A stretch of 64,000 nucleotides of DNA, from positions 62,001 through 126,000 of the IMG/VR virus record IMGVR_UViG_2740892351_000003; one strand, given 5' to 3'. This stretch comes from an uncultured virus (IMG/VR IMGVR_UViG_2740892351_000003) (Duplodnaviria; Heunggongvirae; Uroviricota; Caudoviricetes). This document shows positions 27,847-38,946 of this stretch, in pieces. The translations under genes were made by a program, and so were the position numbers. Position 1 is the stretch's first letter, and each line of letters opens with the position of its first letter. The notes beneath the pieces are model-generated. The model had not been told where the DNA came from. It saw nothing but the letters and a program-made list of their open reading frames with translations, and did not search any database.

Positions 27847-28034
27847 ATGAAAAATAATAAAGGAACGATTTTAGAAAATGTGAAGTAATAAAACAAGAAG
27901 ATGGTACTTATAAATTTATAGAGCATACAAAAAATGGCGATAATGAAGTGTTATCTAGTGATGTTTTTGACCAGTATATTGGAAAAACAGATTTAAATAT
28001 AACGATAAGATTAAGTGAAACAATAGTCCAATAA
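27847..28034 (+). pseudogene. Small protein (SPbeta YonK-like position) with a 1-nt frameshift
   Basis: AAGGAG RBS plus ATG; the frame stops after 13 codons while an overlapping frame continues EVIKQEDGTYKFIEHTKNG..ETIVQ*. 188 nt = 3n+2. Confidence 0.55.
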
Positions 28035-28111
28035 ATCAATATTAGACTATTTATTTTTTTACTTAATATATTGATAATGATATTTATGTGATAAACAGGG
28101 AGATATTAAAT

Positions 28112-29305
28112 ATGGAAGACATATTGAAGAAAAAAGAAGATGAGTCACTAGTTGACTATAGGATTAGAATACGACTGGCAAAGGTTAATAAAGAGATAGA
28201 TTTGGATTGGGGAGAGATGGTTGAACTATTGGGGTTAGAATGTTCTCCAGACCATTGTAGGAAGGTTTCTTATGGGTTGAAAGAGGCTTTTGATTATCTT
28301 AATTCTAAAGTACAAGATAATTCTGCTCAAGAAGAGATTGATAAAATAAATGAGAAAATATTAGAGCTGAAAAAGATAAAAGTACAGTTATCTGATGAAA
28401 GGTCATTAGTAAATAAGAAAATAAGAGAATATTCAAGAATAGATAATATAATTGATTTATTTAATAATAAAATAGATGATATATCACTTCATAAGCCATT
28501 TCTAAGTGATTCTAGTTACAAATGCTATGAATCTTCAAATCAAGAGGCTATTATGCTAATCTCAGACATACATTATGGATTAGAGACTATTAATGCATTT
28601 AATAGATATAATTCAGAAATATTCAAGATAAGAATACAATATTTAAAAGATAAAATTATTGAATATAGTAAGTTGCATAAGATTAATAGACTGCATGTAA
28701 TGCTACTTGGAGATTTAATCTCTGGCCACATACATAATTCTATAAGATTAGAAAATAGAGAAAATATAGTTGAACAAATTATAGAAGTATCTGAAATACT
28801 TAGTGAATTTATATATGAATTATCTAAAGAAATTGATAAAATTATTGTTTATTCAGTTGATGGAAATCATGATAGGGTTCTTCCTAAAAAAGATGAAAAT
28901 TTAGATAAAGATAATTTTACACTATTAATAGATGAATATATAAAACTAAGAATTAAAAGTTTAGATAATGTAATATTTCAAGAGAACATATATGATAATG
29001 ACATAATAGTAACTAGAATATGTGGAAATACATGTTTCGCAGTACATGGAGATAAAGATAAAATGTCTACAGCAATTCCTAAATTAACCTCTCTTATAAA
29101 ATCAATTCCTGATTATATTTTCATAGCTCATCTACACAATTGTAAAGAAGATAGTTATGGAGAAAGTGAAATTATTGTAAATGGAAGTTTTTCTGGAACA
29201 GATACATATGCTAAGAATCTAAGATTAAGTTCATATGCAATGCAAAAATTAATGATATTTAATGATGATGGAAGATTATGTACTTATAATATTAAGCTTA
29301 AATAG
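28112..29305 (+). CDS. Calcineurin-like metallophosphoesterase/exonuclease
   Basis: SDIHYG, LGDLISG, GNHDR, VHGD, AHLH motifs. Probable start at ATG 28112. Confidence 0.88.
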   Translation: MEDILKKKEDESLVDYRIRIRLAKVNKEIDLDWGEMVELLGLECSPDHCRKVSYGLKEAFDYLNSKVQDNSAQEEIDKINEKILELKKIKVQLSDERSLVNKKIREYSRIDNIIDLFNNKIDDISLHKPFLSDSSYKCYESSNQEAIMLISDIHYGLETINAFNRYNSEIFKIRIQYLKDKIIEYSKLHKINRLHVMLLGDLISGHIHNSIRLENRENIVEQIIEVSEILSEFIYELSKEIDKIIVYSVDGNHDRVLPKKDENLDKDNFTLLIDEYIKLRIKSLDNVIFQENIYDNDIIVTRICGNTCFAVHGDKDKMSTAIPKLTSLIKSIPDYIFIAHLHNCKEDSYGESEIIVNGSFSGTDTYAKNLRLSSYAMQKLMIFNDDGRLCTYNIKLK

Positions 29306-29447
29306 AGCTAATTATTAAAGGACTAATACGATAATATTCCATCATTATGATATGGTATTAGTCCTTTAATGGGCTAAATTCAATCTCCCTTCTGAGGTCA
29401 GTTTCATGCTGACCTCTCTTTTTTCATCTCAAAAGGAGAGTGATAAA

Positions 29448-30308
29448 ATGGCTAGAAAAGGTAAAATTAAATGTTCTTGTTGTGGAGAAGAAAAGTCAGC
29501 AGCAAGAGATTTTTATAGTAGCTCTAGTAAATTACATAAGAGCTTAAGTACTTTTCCCATGTGTAAAAATTGCGTTGAAGAATTATATGATGAGTTAGTT
29601 TACAAGTATGCTGGGGATAAAAAAATAGCAGCAAAGAGACTATTTGTAATGTTAGATGTTTATTATGATGAAGACTTATATAATACATGTATTAACAAAG
29701 AAAACAAAGGAAAGTCTAAATGGTTAGGCGAGTACATGAAAACTAAAGCAAATGCTAGATATGTAAGTAAATCAAGTCTTGATAATATTAATTCAAAAAA
29801 TCTAGTTGAAGATGATATTGATTCTGATTTTAAATTAAATGAAACAAAAATAAATAATGATATGGTCGAAAGATGGGGAGCAGGACTAAGAAAAGAAGAT
29901 TATATGTTTTTAGAAAATAAATTTAATGAATTTTCTATTGCATATCAATGTAAAAGACCTGCTGAAAAAATGTTGTTAGAACAAATTTCTAAATGTTTAT
30001 TAAAGAGTGATGAAGCACTAAGAAATGGTGATGCTACAGGGTTTGAAAAAATGAATACCTTAATATCAAAACTTATGAATGATGCAAATATAAAACCTAT
30101 TCAAGAAGCCAGTTTAGCAGAAAATGAAACGATTACATGGGGTACATGGATTGATAAAATAGAAAATTACAGACCTATAGGAGAGCCTTCAGAACAATTC
30201 AAAGATGTAGATAAAATAAAAACATATATTAATAAGTGGTTTATAGGACAAATGAGAAAAGTATTCGATTTAGCTAGTGAGGATAATCCAAATGATGACC
30301 AAGACTAG
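29448..30308 (+). CDS. Zn-finger protein upstream of terminase (possible terminase small subunit)
   Basis: CSCCG..CKNC; overlaps terL. AAGGAG RBS before ATG 29448. Confidence 0.55.
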   Translation: MARKGKIKCSCCGEEKSAARDFYSSSSKLHKSLSTFPMCKNCVEELYDELVYKYAGDKKIAAKRLFVMLDVYYDEDLYNTCINKENKGKSKWLGEYMKTKANARYVSKSSLDNINSKNLVEDDIDSDFKLNETKINNDMVERWGAGLRKEDYMFLENKFNEFSIAYQCKRPAEKMLLEQISKCLLKSDEALRNGDATGFEKMNTLISKLMNDANIKPIQEASLAENETITWGTWIDKIENYRPIGEPSEQFKDVDKIKTYINKWFIGQMRKVFDLASEDNPNDDQD

Positions 30309-32067
30309 AAAGCTAAATAATAACGAAATTAACTCAGATAAAAATAAAGCTCTTGAAGAAGGAATAATTGAATGGACTAAGTTTTATAGAGAAAATCCAC
30401 ATAGATTTTGTATTGATTATTTTGGTCTTAATTTATATTTAGTTCAAATTATTCTTATATATATGTTTGATAAATGTAATTATGCGATGCTTATATGTGC
30501 CAGAGGGTTTGCAAAGAGCTGGATTGCTGCTGTATATGCATGTTGTAGAGCTGTCTTATATCCAAATTCTAAAATTGGTATAGCTGCATTTACTAAATCA
30601 CAAGCAGAACTTATTATAAGAGAAAAGATAGAAAAAGAATTAGTAAAACAATCTCCTATGTTAGCTAGAGAGATTAAAAAGATAGAATATAATAATAAAT
30701 TTTCTAAAGTAACATTTCATAATGGAAGCACTATAGAAGCTATAGTCTCAAATGAGCAATCAAGAGGTTTCCGTTTCAATATTCTTATTGTAGATGAATT
30801 TAGATTAGTAAAAAAAGAAATACAAGATAGGATTCTTAAGCCATTTCTAAATGTAAGTAGAAATCTAAAGTTTAAAAAAGATGGAAAATATGAAGATTAC
30901 CCTCCAGAGCCTAATAAAGAATTATATTTAAGTAGTGCATGGTTTAGGATGCATGAAGCATATGACAAATTTAAATTGTATGTGAAAGATATGGTAGATG
31001 GTAGAGATAAATTTGTACTTAATTGTAATTATAAACTTTCTCTTCATCATGGAATATTAGATAAAGAAAGAGCAGATGAAATGAAAAGAGAAATGGATGC
31101 TGTTTCTTGGATTATGGAGATGGAATCACTTTTCTTTGGGGAAAATGAAGATGCTATATTTAAATCATCTTATGTGAATCCATGTAGAACATTAAAAAAT
31201 CCATTTTATCCTCCAACAGATTTAGAAATATTATCTGCTAAAAATGGAAAAGTTAAGTGTAATTTACAAAAAAGAAAAGGTGAGTTGAGGATAATTTCTG
31301 CTGACATTGCTGTTGCAGAAGGAGACAATAATGATAACTCAGTGTATACATGTTGGAGATTATTGCCTGAAAAAGATTATTATGAAAGAATGGTTGTTCA
31401 TATAGAATCTCATAATGGTATGAAGCCAGACAAACAAGCAATAAGATTAAAACAATTATTCTTTGATTTCGAAGCAGATTTCTTAGTTATAGATACTCAA
31501 GGGGTAGGCCAAAGTGTTTTATCTGATTTACTTAGGGTTAATTATGATGATGCTAGAAATAAAGAATATAATGCGTTTTCTCATGCTAATACAAATCATT
31601 TACATAATAATTTTATTACAAAAGAGAATTATCCAGTTATATTTGAGATTAAGGCATATGGACAAATAAATCATGATTGTATAATTGGCTTACTTGATGT
31701 ATTTCTAAAAAATAGAATAAAGTTACCTATAAATGATGTAGAAGCTAATGACATGTTAAGTAGTACATCTGGATATGCAAAGAAAAATTATACAGACCAA
31801 GCGAGAATGATATTACCATACAAACAAACTACACTACTTGTAAACGAATTAATAAACTTAGAAACTGTTAAAAATGATGGTCAAAAGTGGCTTAAGGTCA
31901 AAGAAAAGGGAAAAGCAAGAAAAGATAGATATTCTTCTTTAGCATATGGAAATTATCTAGCAAATTTACTAGATGGAGAATTAAAAAAAAGAAATAGTAA
32001 GAACAGTGGACAAATAATTTCATTCTGGTCAGGAGGTGGAAACCATAATAGAACTCAAAGAAGATAA
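30292..32067 (+). CDS. terL: Terminase large subunit
   Basis: Walker A CARGFAKS, RGFRFNILIVDE (Walker B), ISADIA and KDRYSS (nuclease domain). Confidence 0.92.
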   Translation: MMTKTRKLNNNEINSDKNKALEEGIIEWTKFYRENPHRFCIDYFGLNLYLVQIILIYMFDKCNYAMLICARGFAKSWIAAVYACCRAVLYPNSKIGIAAFTKSQAELIIREKIEKELVKQSPMLAREIKKIEYNNKFSKVTFHNGSTIEAIVSNEQSRGFRFNILIVDEFRLVKKEIQDRILKPFLNVSRNLKFKKDGKYEDYPPEPNKELYLSSAWFRMHEAYDKFKLYVKDMVDGRDKFVLNCNYKLSLHHGILDKERADEMKREMDAVSWIMEMESLFFGENEDAIFKSSYVNPCRTLKNPFYPPTDLEILSAKNGKVKCNLQKRKGELRIISADIAVAEGDNNDNSVYTCWRLLPEKDYYERMVVHIESHNGMKPDKQAIRLKQLFFDFEADFLVIDTQGVGQSVLSDLLRVNYDDARNKEYNAFSHANTNHLHNNFITKENYPVIFEIKAYGQINHDCIIGLLDVFLKNRIKLPINDVEANDMLSSTSGYAKKNYTDQARMILPYKQTTLLVNELINLETVKNDGQKWLKVKEKGKARKDRYSSLAYGNYLANLLDGELKKRNSKNSGQIISFWSGGGNHNRTQRR

Positions 32068-33520
32068 AAAAGATTATACTTTAGACCAAATAAAGTACTT
32101 AAATGAACAATTAAGACAAAGAAATTATGCAATGATAGAAAATACTATAAATCTATCAAATGAAATGTATAAAATAAGAAATATAAGTAGAGACCAAGTA
32201 AGAAAAGCTATGACAGACCCTTACAAAAACGTAGAATTACTACAAAAGGTAAGTCTTTTGCTTAAAGAAACATCTGGTACATATAAGAGAATTCTAAATA
32301 TGATTTCAACCATGAATACATTTGACCATTATATTATACCAATAAATATTTCTAAATTTAAAGATAAAAATGATTATGTCAACTCTTTTTTTAAGTCAGC
32401 TGCACTTCTAAAAAAATATCAACTTAAACATATTTGTCCTTGGATAACTGAAAAAGTGTTAGAACAAGGAGAAATATATCTATATAAAATTGAAGATTCA
32501 AAATGCATAATGATGCAACAAATACCAGCCTCTTATTGTACAATAACATCTAAAGTAAATGGAGTATTAAGGTATGGAATTGATTTACGAAAAATAAATA
32601 AAAAGACTCTATCAGCATTTCCAGTAGAAGTTCAAGAAGCATATAAAAAATTGAATGATGGAAGATTAAAAAAAGAAGACTTAATAGAAAATAAGTATTA
32701 TGAATTAAGTGATAATGCTGTGGCATTTAATATAGATATTGATTCGACAAAAGGAATACCATTTTTTAGTTTTTTATTTGATGATATATTGGAACTTGAA
32801 GATATGAAAGATTTAAAGGGTTCTAATGCTATCATTGAAAGTATTAAGTTAATACATGGGAAAGTTCCTTATGGTAAAGATGGTGAGCCACTAGTTGCTT
32901 TTGATTTATTAAGTGCTTACTACCATGATATAAAATCAAACTTACCAGCTGGTACATCTGTAGCAGTTACTCCACTAGATATGGAAGGAATTAATCTAAG
33001 TGATGGAAAATCAAAGATTAATGATTATGTTAAAGAAGCAAAAGAATTTATATTTGATAACGCTGGAATTAATACAGCTCTTTTTAACTCAGATAAAATA
33101 AATACAGAATCAATTGCAGATGGTGTTATAGCAGATAGTTTAATACCTATGAGGATTCAAAATGAAATAGAGACATGGATAAATTATGAACTAAATAAAA
33201 AGAACTCATCAAAAGCATTCCAACTTTACTTTGTCGGTACAACTCATTTTAACCAATCTAAAATATCACAACAACTTAGAGAAAATATAAATAGTGTAGG
33301 AGATAGTAGAACAGTATATTTAGCTAGTACTGGAAAAGAGCCAATTGAAATTGCTAATTTATATAAGGCAGAACAATTAATGGAAATAGATGATTTATTA
33401 CCAGTTAAACAGGCTTCATATACATTTTCAAATAATGATGTTGGAAGACCTACTAATGAAGACAAAGGTGATGGTGGTACAAATGGAAATAAAGCAGATA
33501 GAAAAGATGAAAACAAATAA
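32036..33520 (+). CDS. Portal protein
   Basis: Position right after terL, 494 aa, GIPFFSFLF motif. Confidence 0.7.
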   Translation: METIIELKEDKKDYTLDQIKYLNEQLRQRNYAMIENTINLSNEMYKIRNISRDQVRKAMTDPYKNVELLQKVSLLLKETSGTYKRILNMISTMNTFDHYIIPINISKFKDKNDYVNSFFKSAALLKKYQLKHICPWITEKVLEQGEIYLYKIEDSKCIMMQQIPASYCTITSKVNGVLRYGIDLRKINKKTLSAFPVEVQEAYKKLNDGRLKKEDLIENKYYELSDNAVAFNIDIDSTKGIPFFSFLFDDILELEDMKDLKGSNAIIESIKLIHGKVPYGKDGEPLVAFDLLSAYYHDIKSNLPAGTSVAVTPLDMEGINLSDGKSKINDYVKEAKEFIFDNAGINTALFNSDKINTESIADGVIADSLIPMRIQNEIETWINYELNKKNSSKAFQLYFVGTTHFNQSKISQQLRENINSVGDSRTVYLASTGKEPIEIANLYKAEQLMEIDDLLPVKQASYTFSNNDVGRPTNEDKGDGGTNGNKADRKDENK

Positions 33521-33710
33521 TAAAAGGTTTATTATTGCATTTACAAGTGATAAAAAAGACGAATTAATGAAAAAAGGATTTGCTTTTATTAACAAAAATA
33601 AATGTGGAGAAGAATCATTTTATTTATTTGAAAATAAGCCTGATGAGATACTTAATTTTAGTAAGGAAGATTTTAAAGATATAGGTTTTAGCGATGTAAT
33701 GTTTGTTTAA
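33507..33710 (+). CDS. small hypothetical head-region protein
   Basis: MKTNNKRFIIAFTSDKKDELMKKGF..; overlaps the portal stop codon. Confidence 0.65.
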   Translation: MKTNNKRFIIAFTSDKKDELMKKGFAFINKNKCGEESFYLFENKPDEILNFSKEDFKDIGFSDVMFV

Positions 33711-33722
33711 GGAGGTGAGAGA

Positions 33723-35105
33723 TTGAAAGTAGTTAGTATTCCATGTGGATTTGAGACATTTTCTAATGAAGAGGATGATAGAAAATTAAATGTAAAATTA
33801 AAGATTTTACATGAAGGTAAAAATTTAAATAAAACTAAGTTTAATTTGTCAACTATAAATGAAGCGGAATCAACTTTATCAGATATACCAATACTTGGAT
33901 ATATAAAATATGATGAAGAACAAAATGTGGTAGATTTTGATGAGCACAATATGATAACTAAAGTTGTAAAGGATGATAATGGTTATTCTATAGAGTATAA
34001 ATTCTTAGAAAGACCACTTGGTGTAATTCCAAATAATACAGAGATAACTTATACAGAAGAAGATGGAAAGACATATTTAAACTGTACAGGACTTATTTGG
34101 AAGCATTATTCTAATTCAGCATATCAATTATTGACAGAGTCAAAGTCAAAAAGTGTAAGTATGGAAATAGCAGTTGAAGATGGAGAGGTTGATAAAGCAG
34201 ATGGATATTATAATATTAAAAGATTTAGTTTTTTAGGAATTACTATTTTAGGAGATGATGTTGCTCCTGGAATTGAAGGAGCATCTATAAATACATATAG
34301 TAATTTTTCAAAATATAAAAAAGCAATTTATGATATTTGCAAAGAAATGTATTCGTTTAAAGGAAAGGAGGAAGATATATTGAGTACAAACAAAAACTAT
34401 GGACTATCAACAGAAAATATAAGAATTTCTATTAATAGTCAATTAAAAAATAAGATGGTTGAGGTTGAAGACCCTTACTGGGGAGGTAAATACACAACTA
34501 GAGAATATTATTTAAGAACTATTTTACCAGAAGAAAAAATAGCTATACTAGAAGACAATATAAATTATTGTGACTATTATGGTATACCATATTCTATAGA
34601 TGGAGATGATGTTGTTTTAGATTATGAAAACAGAAAATCATATATAGAAGAATGGAGAGAGAAAAAAGAAGGAGAAGTTATAGAAACTTTTTCTAAAGAA
34701 GATACTTTAAAAGAATTAGTTCTTGAAAAGTTTAATGAAAAAGAGATTGAAATAAAAAATCTGACTGAAGAGTTGGAAAGTTTAAGAAAATTTAAGGCTG
34801 ACAAAGAAATGGAAGAATATAAAGTAGAAGTTTCTAGTGTTATCTCAGAATTTAATTCTTTAACAGAAGAGGAAGTTAAGACTTTTAAAGAATCTGCTAT
34901 AAAGAAAGAGATATCTTTAGAAGATTTAAGAAAAGAGTTGAGTTTACTTGATTATGCTAAGTTAAAAGAAAATACAAAGAAATTTAATTCTGATAAGGAA
35001 CTTATAGTTGAAGAAGCAAAAATAAATTATTCATCTACATTAGAAGATGAAAATAAAGATACAAAATCATATGAACAAATATTAAGAAAACACTCAAATA
35101 AGTAG
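33723..35105 (+). CDS. Prohead protease / scaffold fusion
   Basis: LHEGKNLN, GLIWKHY, VSMEI, GITILG..PGIEGA, followed by a long charged coiled coil. Confidence 0.75.
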   Translation: MKVVSIPCGFETFSNEEDDRKLNVKLKILHEGKNLNKTKFNLSTINEAESTLSDIPILGYIKYDEEQNVVDFDEHNMITKVVKDDNGYSIEYKFLERPLGVIPNNTEITYTEEDGKTYLNCTGLIWKHYSNSAYQLLTESKSKSVSMEIAVEDGEVDKADGYYNIKRFSFLGITILGDDVAPGIEGASINTYSNFSKYKKAIYDICKEMYSFKGKEEDILSTNKNYGLSTENIRISINSQLKNKMVEVEDPYWGGKYTTREYYLRTILPEEKIAILEDNINYCDYYGIPYSIDGDDVVLDYENRKSYIEEWREKKEGEVIETFSKEDTLKELVLEKFNEKEIEIKNLTEELESLRKFKADKEMEEYKVEVSSVISEFNSLTEEEVKTFKESAIKKEISLEDLRKELSLLDYAKLKENTKKFNSDKELIVEEAKINYSSTLEDENKDTKSYEQILRKHSNK

Positions 35106-35146
35106 TGTTTATTTTTATGAAAAAAAATAAAAAAGGAGATATAAAA

Positions 35147-35605
35147 ATGGCAGATAAAGCGATATTAAATTGTGATATAGATAAATATCCAGATGTTGTA
35201 ACAGCAAAGAATGGAAGTGATGTACTAGAAAATGGCGCAATAGTTGCATTAGGTGGCTTAGTCGATTCAGAGCTAGGAAACGATTGTTATAAAATAGAAA
35301 GATTATCAGAAGGATGTAGATTTGGAATTTTAGATAGTGTTGCACTTCAATATGATGAAAGATTGGATGAAAGAGATTATGAATTAAAAGCAAGTGAAAT
35401 AGATAGAGTTAGATTACCTCATAAGGGGTTATGTATGACATTAGCTAAAAAACATTTTGATGGTGTAGTAGCTGTTGGTGATGAATTGGAACTTAAGGCA
35501 GATACCTATAAGTTGACAAAAAAAACTACAGGTTTAGTAGTTGCAAGAGTTGAAGAGTTATATAACTTTAATGGACAAGATTCTGTATATGTATCTTTTA
35601 TGTAA
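35147..35605 (+). CDS. Head decoration/auxiliary capsid protein
   Basis: Between protease and major capsid gene; LENGAIVALG motif; AAGGAG RBS. Confidence 0.6.
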   Translation: MADKAILNCDIDKYPDVVTAKNGSDVLENGAIVALGGLVDSELGNDCYKIERLSEGCRFGILDSVALQYDERLDERDYELKASEIDRVRLPHKGLCMTLAKKHFDGVVAVGDELELKADTYKLTKKTTGLVVARVEELYNFNGQDSVYVSFM

Positions 35606-35617
35606 TAACAAGTAGAT

Positions 35618-35640
35618 GAACTGGAAACAGTTCTTTTTTT
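35618..35640 (+). terminator. terminator-like hairpin before the major capsid gene
   Basis: GAACTG-GAAA-CAGTTC-TTTTTTT. Confidence 0.55.
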
Positions 35641-35674
35641 ATGCAAAAAATGACTAATGAAAGGTGGAAAAAAG

Positions 35675-36646
35675 ATGGCTATAGATATAATAGCATTAAA
35701 AGATTTATCAAATGATATATTAAATAGAAAAGTAAAAAATTATTCTCAATGCGAAGATGCATTAAGAAAAGAAATAATAGATATATGTGGAGGTGAATGG
35801 GGACAATATACGTTCTTTGAAAATAAATATAAGATATTCCAGATATTATCTGAAACAATAACTGATAAAGTAAATAGATTAACTGAAGAAGCATTTTCAG
35901 ATTTTTGTGATGTAGAAAACTTTGATTTGGGTAATAAAAAAGAATTTACAGTCAAAAATACTGATTTATTAAGGATTGCAAATATAGCTGAAGGTAAAAA
36001 CAGTACAAGAAGACAAAGATTATTAGAAAAAAAAGTTCCTACATCTGCATTTAAATTAGCAATAGCTATATATGAAGAATTTGATAGATTTATAACTGGA
36101 AGAATAGACTGGTCTGAAATGGTAGATAGAGTATCTTCTACATTCCAACATCATATAGCAGAGGCAATAGCATCTACTATGGAAGGAGCTTATACATCTG
36201 TACATACTAATTTAAAAACTAGTGCTGCTTATTCAGATAAGGATTTAAAGAAAATAGTTAATAAAGTAAAAGGTGCTACTGGACAGTCTGTTGCTATATA
36301 TGGAACTCCAGAGGCAGTAGGAAACATAGAAGGTGTTGGAGCTGATTTAGATAAAGATGACAAGAGAAACTTTGGATATGTTAAAAACTTTAGTGGAACA
36401 CCAGTAATAGAATTACCTAATTATTATGATGTTGAAAGAGATAAATGGGCATTAAGCAATAATATTTTATATGTTATACCAAATGATGAGAAGATAATTA
36501 AATTAGGTTTTGAAGGTAACACATTAATAATAGAAAACACTGATGGAACAGTTAGAGATGACCAACAAATAGAAATGTTCATGTCAAGAAAAATGCATCT
36601 AGGAGTTGTTGTGGCATCTAAATTTGGCATGTATAAGATACAATAA
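35675..36646 (+). CDS. Major capsid protein
   Basis: Position, ~323 aa, FDRFITGRIDWSEMV and GTPVIELPN motifs of SPbeta-like capsid proteins. Confidence 0.75.
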   Translation: MAIDIIALKDLSNDILNRKVKNYSQCEDALRKEIIDICGGEWGQYTFFENKYKIFQILSETITDKVNRLTEEAFSDFCDVENFDLGNKKEFTVKNTDLLRIANIAEGKNSTRRQRLLEKKVPTSAFKLAIAIYEEFDRFITGRIDWSEMVDRVSSTFQHHIAEAIASTMEGAYTSVHTNLKTSAAYSDKDLKKIVNKVKGATGQSVAIYGTPEAVGNIEGVGADLDKDDKRNFGYVKNFSGTPVIELPNYYDVERDKWALSNNILYVIPNDEKIIKLGFEGNTLIIENTDGTVRDDQQIEMFMSRKMHLGVVVASKFGMYKIQ

Positions 36647-36672
36647 CATTATAATTAGAAGGGAGATTAAAA

Positions 36673-37266
36673 ATGGCTGGAAAAGCAAAAAAAGAGGTTT
36701 CAAATGAAATTGAACAAATTAATGAAAATAAAATATTGCAAAAGAAGAGTTCAAGAAAAACATATAAACAATTGAGAAGTGAATTAAGGAAACTTAAAGA
36801 TGAAATAGAAGTTGAGATAATGAACTTAGATACTGGTACTGTTCTTTATAGAGATAGAGATGAAAGACTAATATTTGAAATGAATAAAGCTGGAGAAAAA
36901 ACATTTATATTATTGTCTGATTTATATGAGATATCAAATAAACATAGAGGGTATTTTGAAAACTATCTTATAACTATAATTGATGTTGATAGTGATGATT
37001 ATACTGTTGAAGATATATTAGAATATTTAAACTTAAAGGATATGTATGAGTATTTAGATGAATATGATTTAGACTATATAAATCATATATTATTAAAATT
37101 AGATAATGATAAGTTTGTTAATCTAGTAGAAAAAGCTAATTATGGTTTGATAGAGTGCTTAGGTTCAAGGGTAATCGAATTATATAAAAAGGGTAAATTT
37201 GATTCTCACTATAAAGAACGTTTAATAGCTACTAGACTAGGTTTACAAAGCTTATTTGAGGACTAA
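36673..37266 (+). CDS. hypothetical virion morphogenesis protein
   Basis: 197 aa, directly after the capsid gene. Confidence 0.6.
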   Translation: MAGKAKKEVSNEIEQINENKILQKKSSRKTYKQLRSELRKLKDEIEVEIMNLDTGTVLYRDRDERLIFEMNKAGEKTFILLSDLYEISNKHRGYFENYLITIIDVDSDDYTVEDILEYLNLKDMYEYLDEYDLDYINHILLKLDNDKFVNLVEKANYGLIECLGSRVIELYKKGKFDSHYKERLIATRLGLQSLFED

Positions 37267-37311
37267 GGTGGTGTTATACATCACCTATTTTGTTGAAAGA
37301 GTGGTGATGAT

Positions 37312-37947
37312 ATGGCTACACCAGTAAAAGATATATATAAACAATTTCTTTCTTTAATAAATGATGAGGAGATGCTATTACTTGAAGAAGAAATAATTGA
37401 GGATATGATGTATTCATATCTTCAAAAGGCTACATTTGATTTTTATGAGTGTAGAAAAGATTTGTCTATAATAGGGCAAGAAGAATATTGTATTACAATT
37501 CCAATAAATCAATCAGAATATGTTGTTAATCAAGTTAATAAAAATCATGATATTTATTTAGTTGGTAAATCTACAAATAAAGAATATGAAGTCAATAGAG
37601 ATTATACTGTAGAGTTTAAAGAAGAAGACTGTATAATAACCTTTGAAACAGAAACAGAGGAAGAAATCTTATTTAAGAGTAAATATCTAGGAGAAATAAT
37701 TTCAGACCTTAATTTAGATGAAATAATTATATTAGCTTATGGAATGATGATTTGGTGGCTTCAACCTAAGATTCTTAGAGAAGAAAATTTAAAACAGATG
37801 TTAACTGACTCAGATTATAATACTAAGTCTGGTGCTAATATGTTAGCAAAACTTTGTTTATTAGAAGTTCAAATTAGAGAGCAACTTGCTAAATACAAGA
37901 CAAGATATGTATATAAAGGCTTTAAAGGTTGGGATAAAATTGAGTAG
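37312..37947 (+). CDS. Head-tail adaptor/connector candidate
   Basis: MATPVKDIYKQFLSLIND..EIIILAYGM..LTDSDYNTKSGANML; position in the module. Confidence 0.55.
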   Translation: MATPVKDIYKQFLSLINDEEMLLLEEEIIEDMMYSYLQKATFDFYECRKDLSIIGQEEYCITIPINQSEYVVNQVNKNHDIYLVGKSTNKEYEVNRDYTVEFKEEDCIITFETETEEEILFKSKYLGEIISDLNLDEIIILAYGMMIWWLQPKILREENLKQMLTDSDYNTKSGANMLAKLCLLEVQIREQLAKYKTRYVYKGFKGWDKIE

Positions 37948-38932
37948 TTATATTAATAATTATAAAAAAAGAATTGGACTAGGATGTTCAACACCTAAAA
38001 AAAAAAGAATATTACAACTAAGATTAAGTTTTAAGAAATATTTAAAAGAAACACCAACCTGTATTGAAGTTCCTATAACTGATATAGATGAAGTTTGTAT
38101 AACAGAAGATACTAAAAAAGCTGTAGTTTCAATTAATGATATAACTAATAATGATAAAAGAGCTTTAGATGAAAAAAATCTATTAGTTGAATCTGATTTA
38201 AATGTAGATGTGGGTTGCTATCTTTTCTATGATAATTGTTATTGGTTAACTATATTTAAAGAACATAAAGAAATGAATACATATAAACATTTCATAATAA
38301 AAAGATGCAATCAATTCTTTAATTATAAATATAAAGGTCAGATGTATAAAATCCCTATAGCTGTTGAAAATTTAACCTTATATTCTGATGGTATGGCAGA
38401 TAATAAATATACTTCTATCTCAGATACAAAAAGACAACTTTATTTTGGAAGTAATCCTGTAACTAAAACTATAGATATTGACACTAGAATAATGTTAACT
38501 GGTAAAACTGTATTTAGAGTTACTAGTATTAATGACTTTGAGTATAATGGCAGAGAAACGGGTGCAGATGGTCTTATTAAAGCTATTTGTTTACAAGATG
38601 CATTGATTTCAAAAGATGATACAATAAATAATATTGCTTGGAATGATTTATCTGAAAATGATAGTGTGATTATTCCTTTCAGTAAGATTATAGGTTATGA
38701 AGTAATAAATCTAGGAGAAGAAAATGAGTACATAATAGACCATTTTCAAGGAGTTAAATGGCTCTTAGACAAGCAATACGGATATTGTGATATAATTTAT
38801 CAAGATGAGAAAAAATGTGTCATACAGGCTAATACATTGGCTAAGTATTCTGGCTTAGAAGCCTTGCTATTGGCTAAAGATAAAGATACAAATGAAATAA
38901 TAGATACTAAAAAAATAACACTAAGGGGGTAG
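37940..38932 (+). CDS. Head closure / connector candidate
   Basis: ~330 aa in the connector module; TTG start at 37940 overlaps the upstream stop. Confidence 0.5.
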   Translation: MSSYINNYKKRIGLGCSTPKKKRILQLRLSFKKYLKETPTCIEVPITDIDEVCITEDTKKAVVSINDITNNDKRALDEKNLLVESDLNVDVGCYLFYDNCYWLTIFKEHKEMNTYKHFIIKRCNQFFNYKYKGQMYKIPIAVENLTLYSDGMADNKYTSISDTKRQLYFGSNPVTKTIDIDTRIMLTGKTVFRVTSINDFEYNGRETGADGLIKAICLQDALISKDDTINNIAWNDLSENDSVIIPFSKIIGYEVINLGEENEYIIDHFQGVKWLLDKQYGYCDIIYQDEKKCVIQANTLAKYSGLEALLLAKDKDTNEIIDTKKITLRG

Positions 38933-38946
38933 ATATATGGGTCTAT

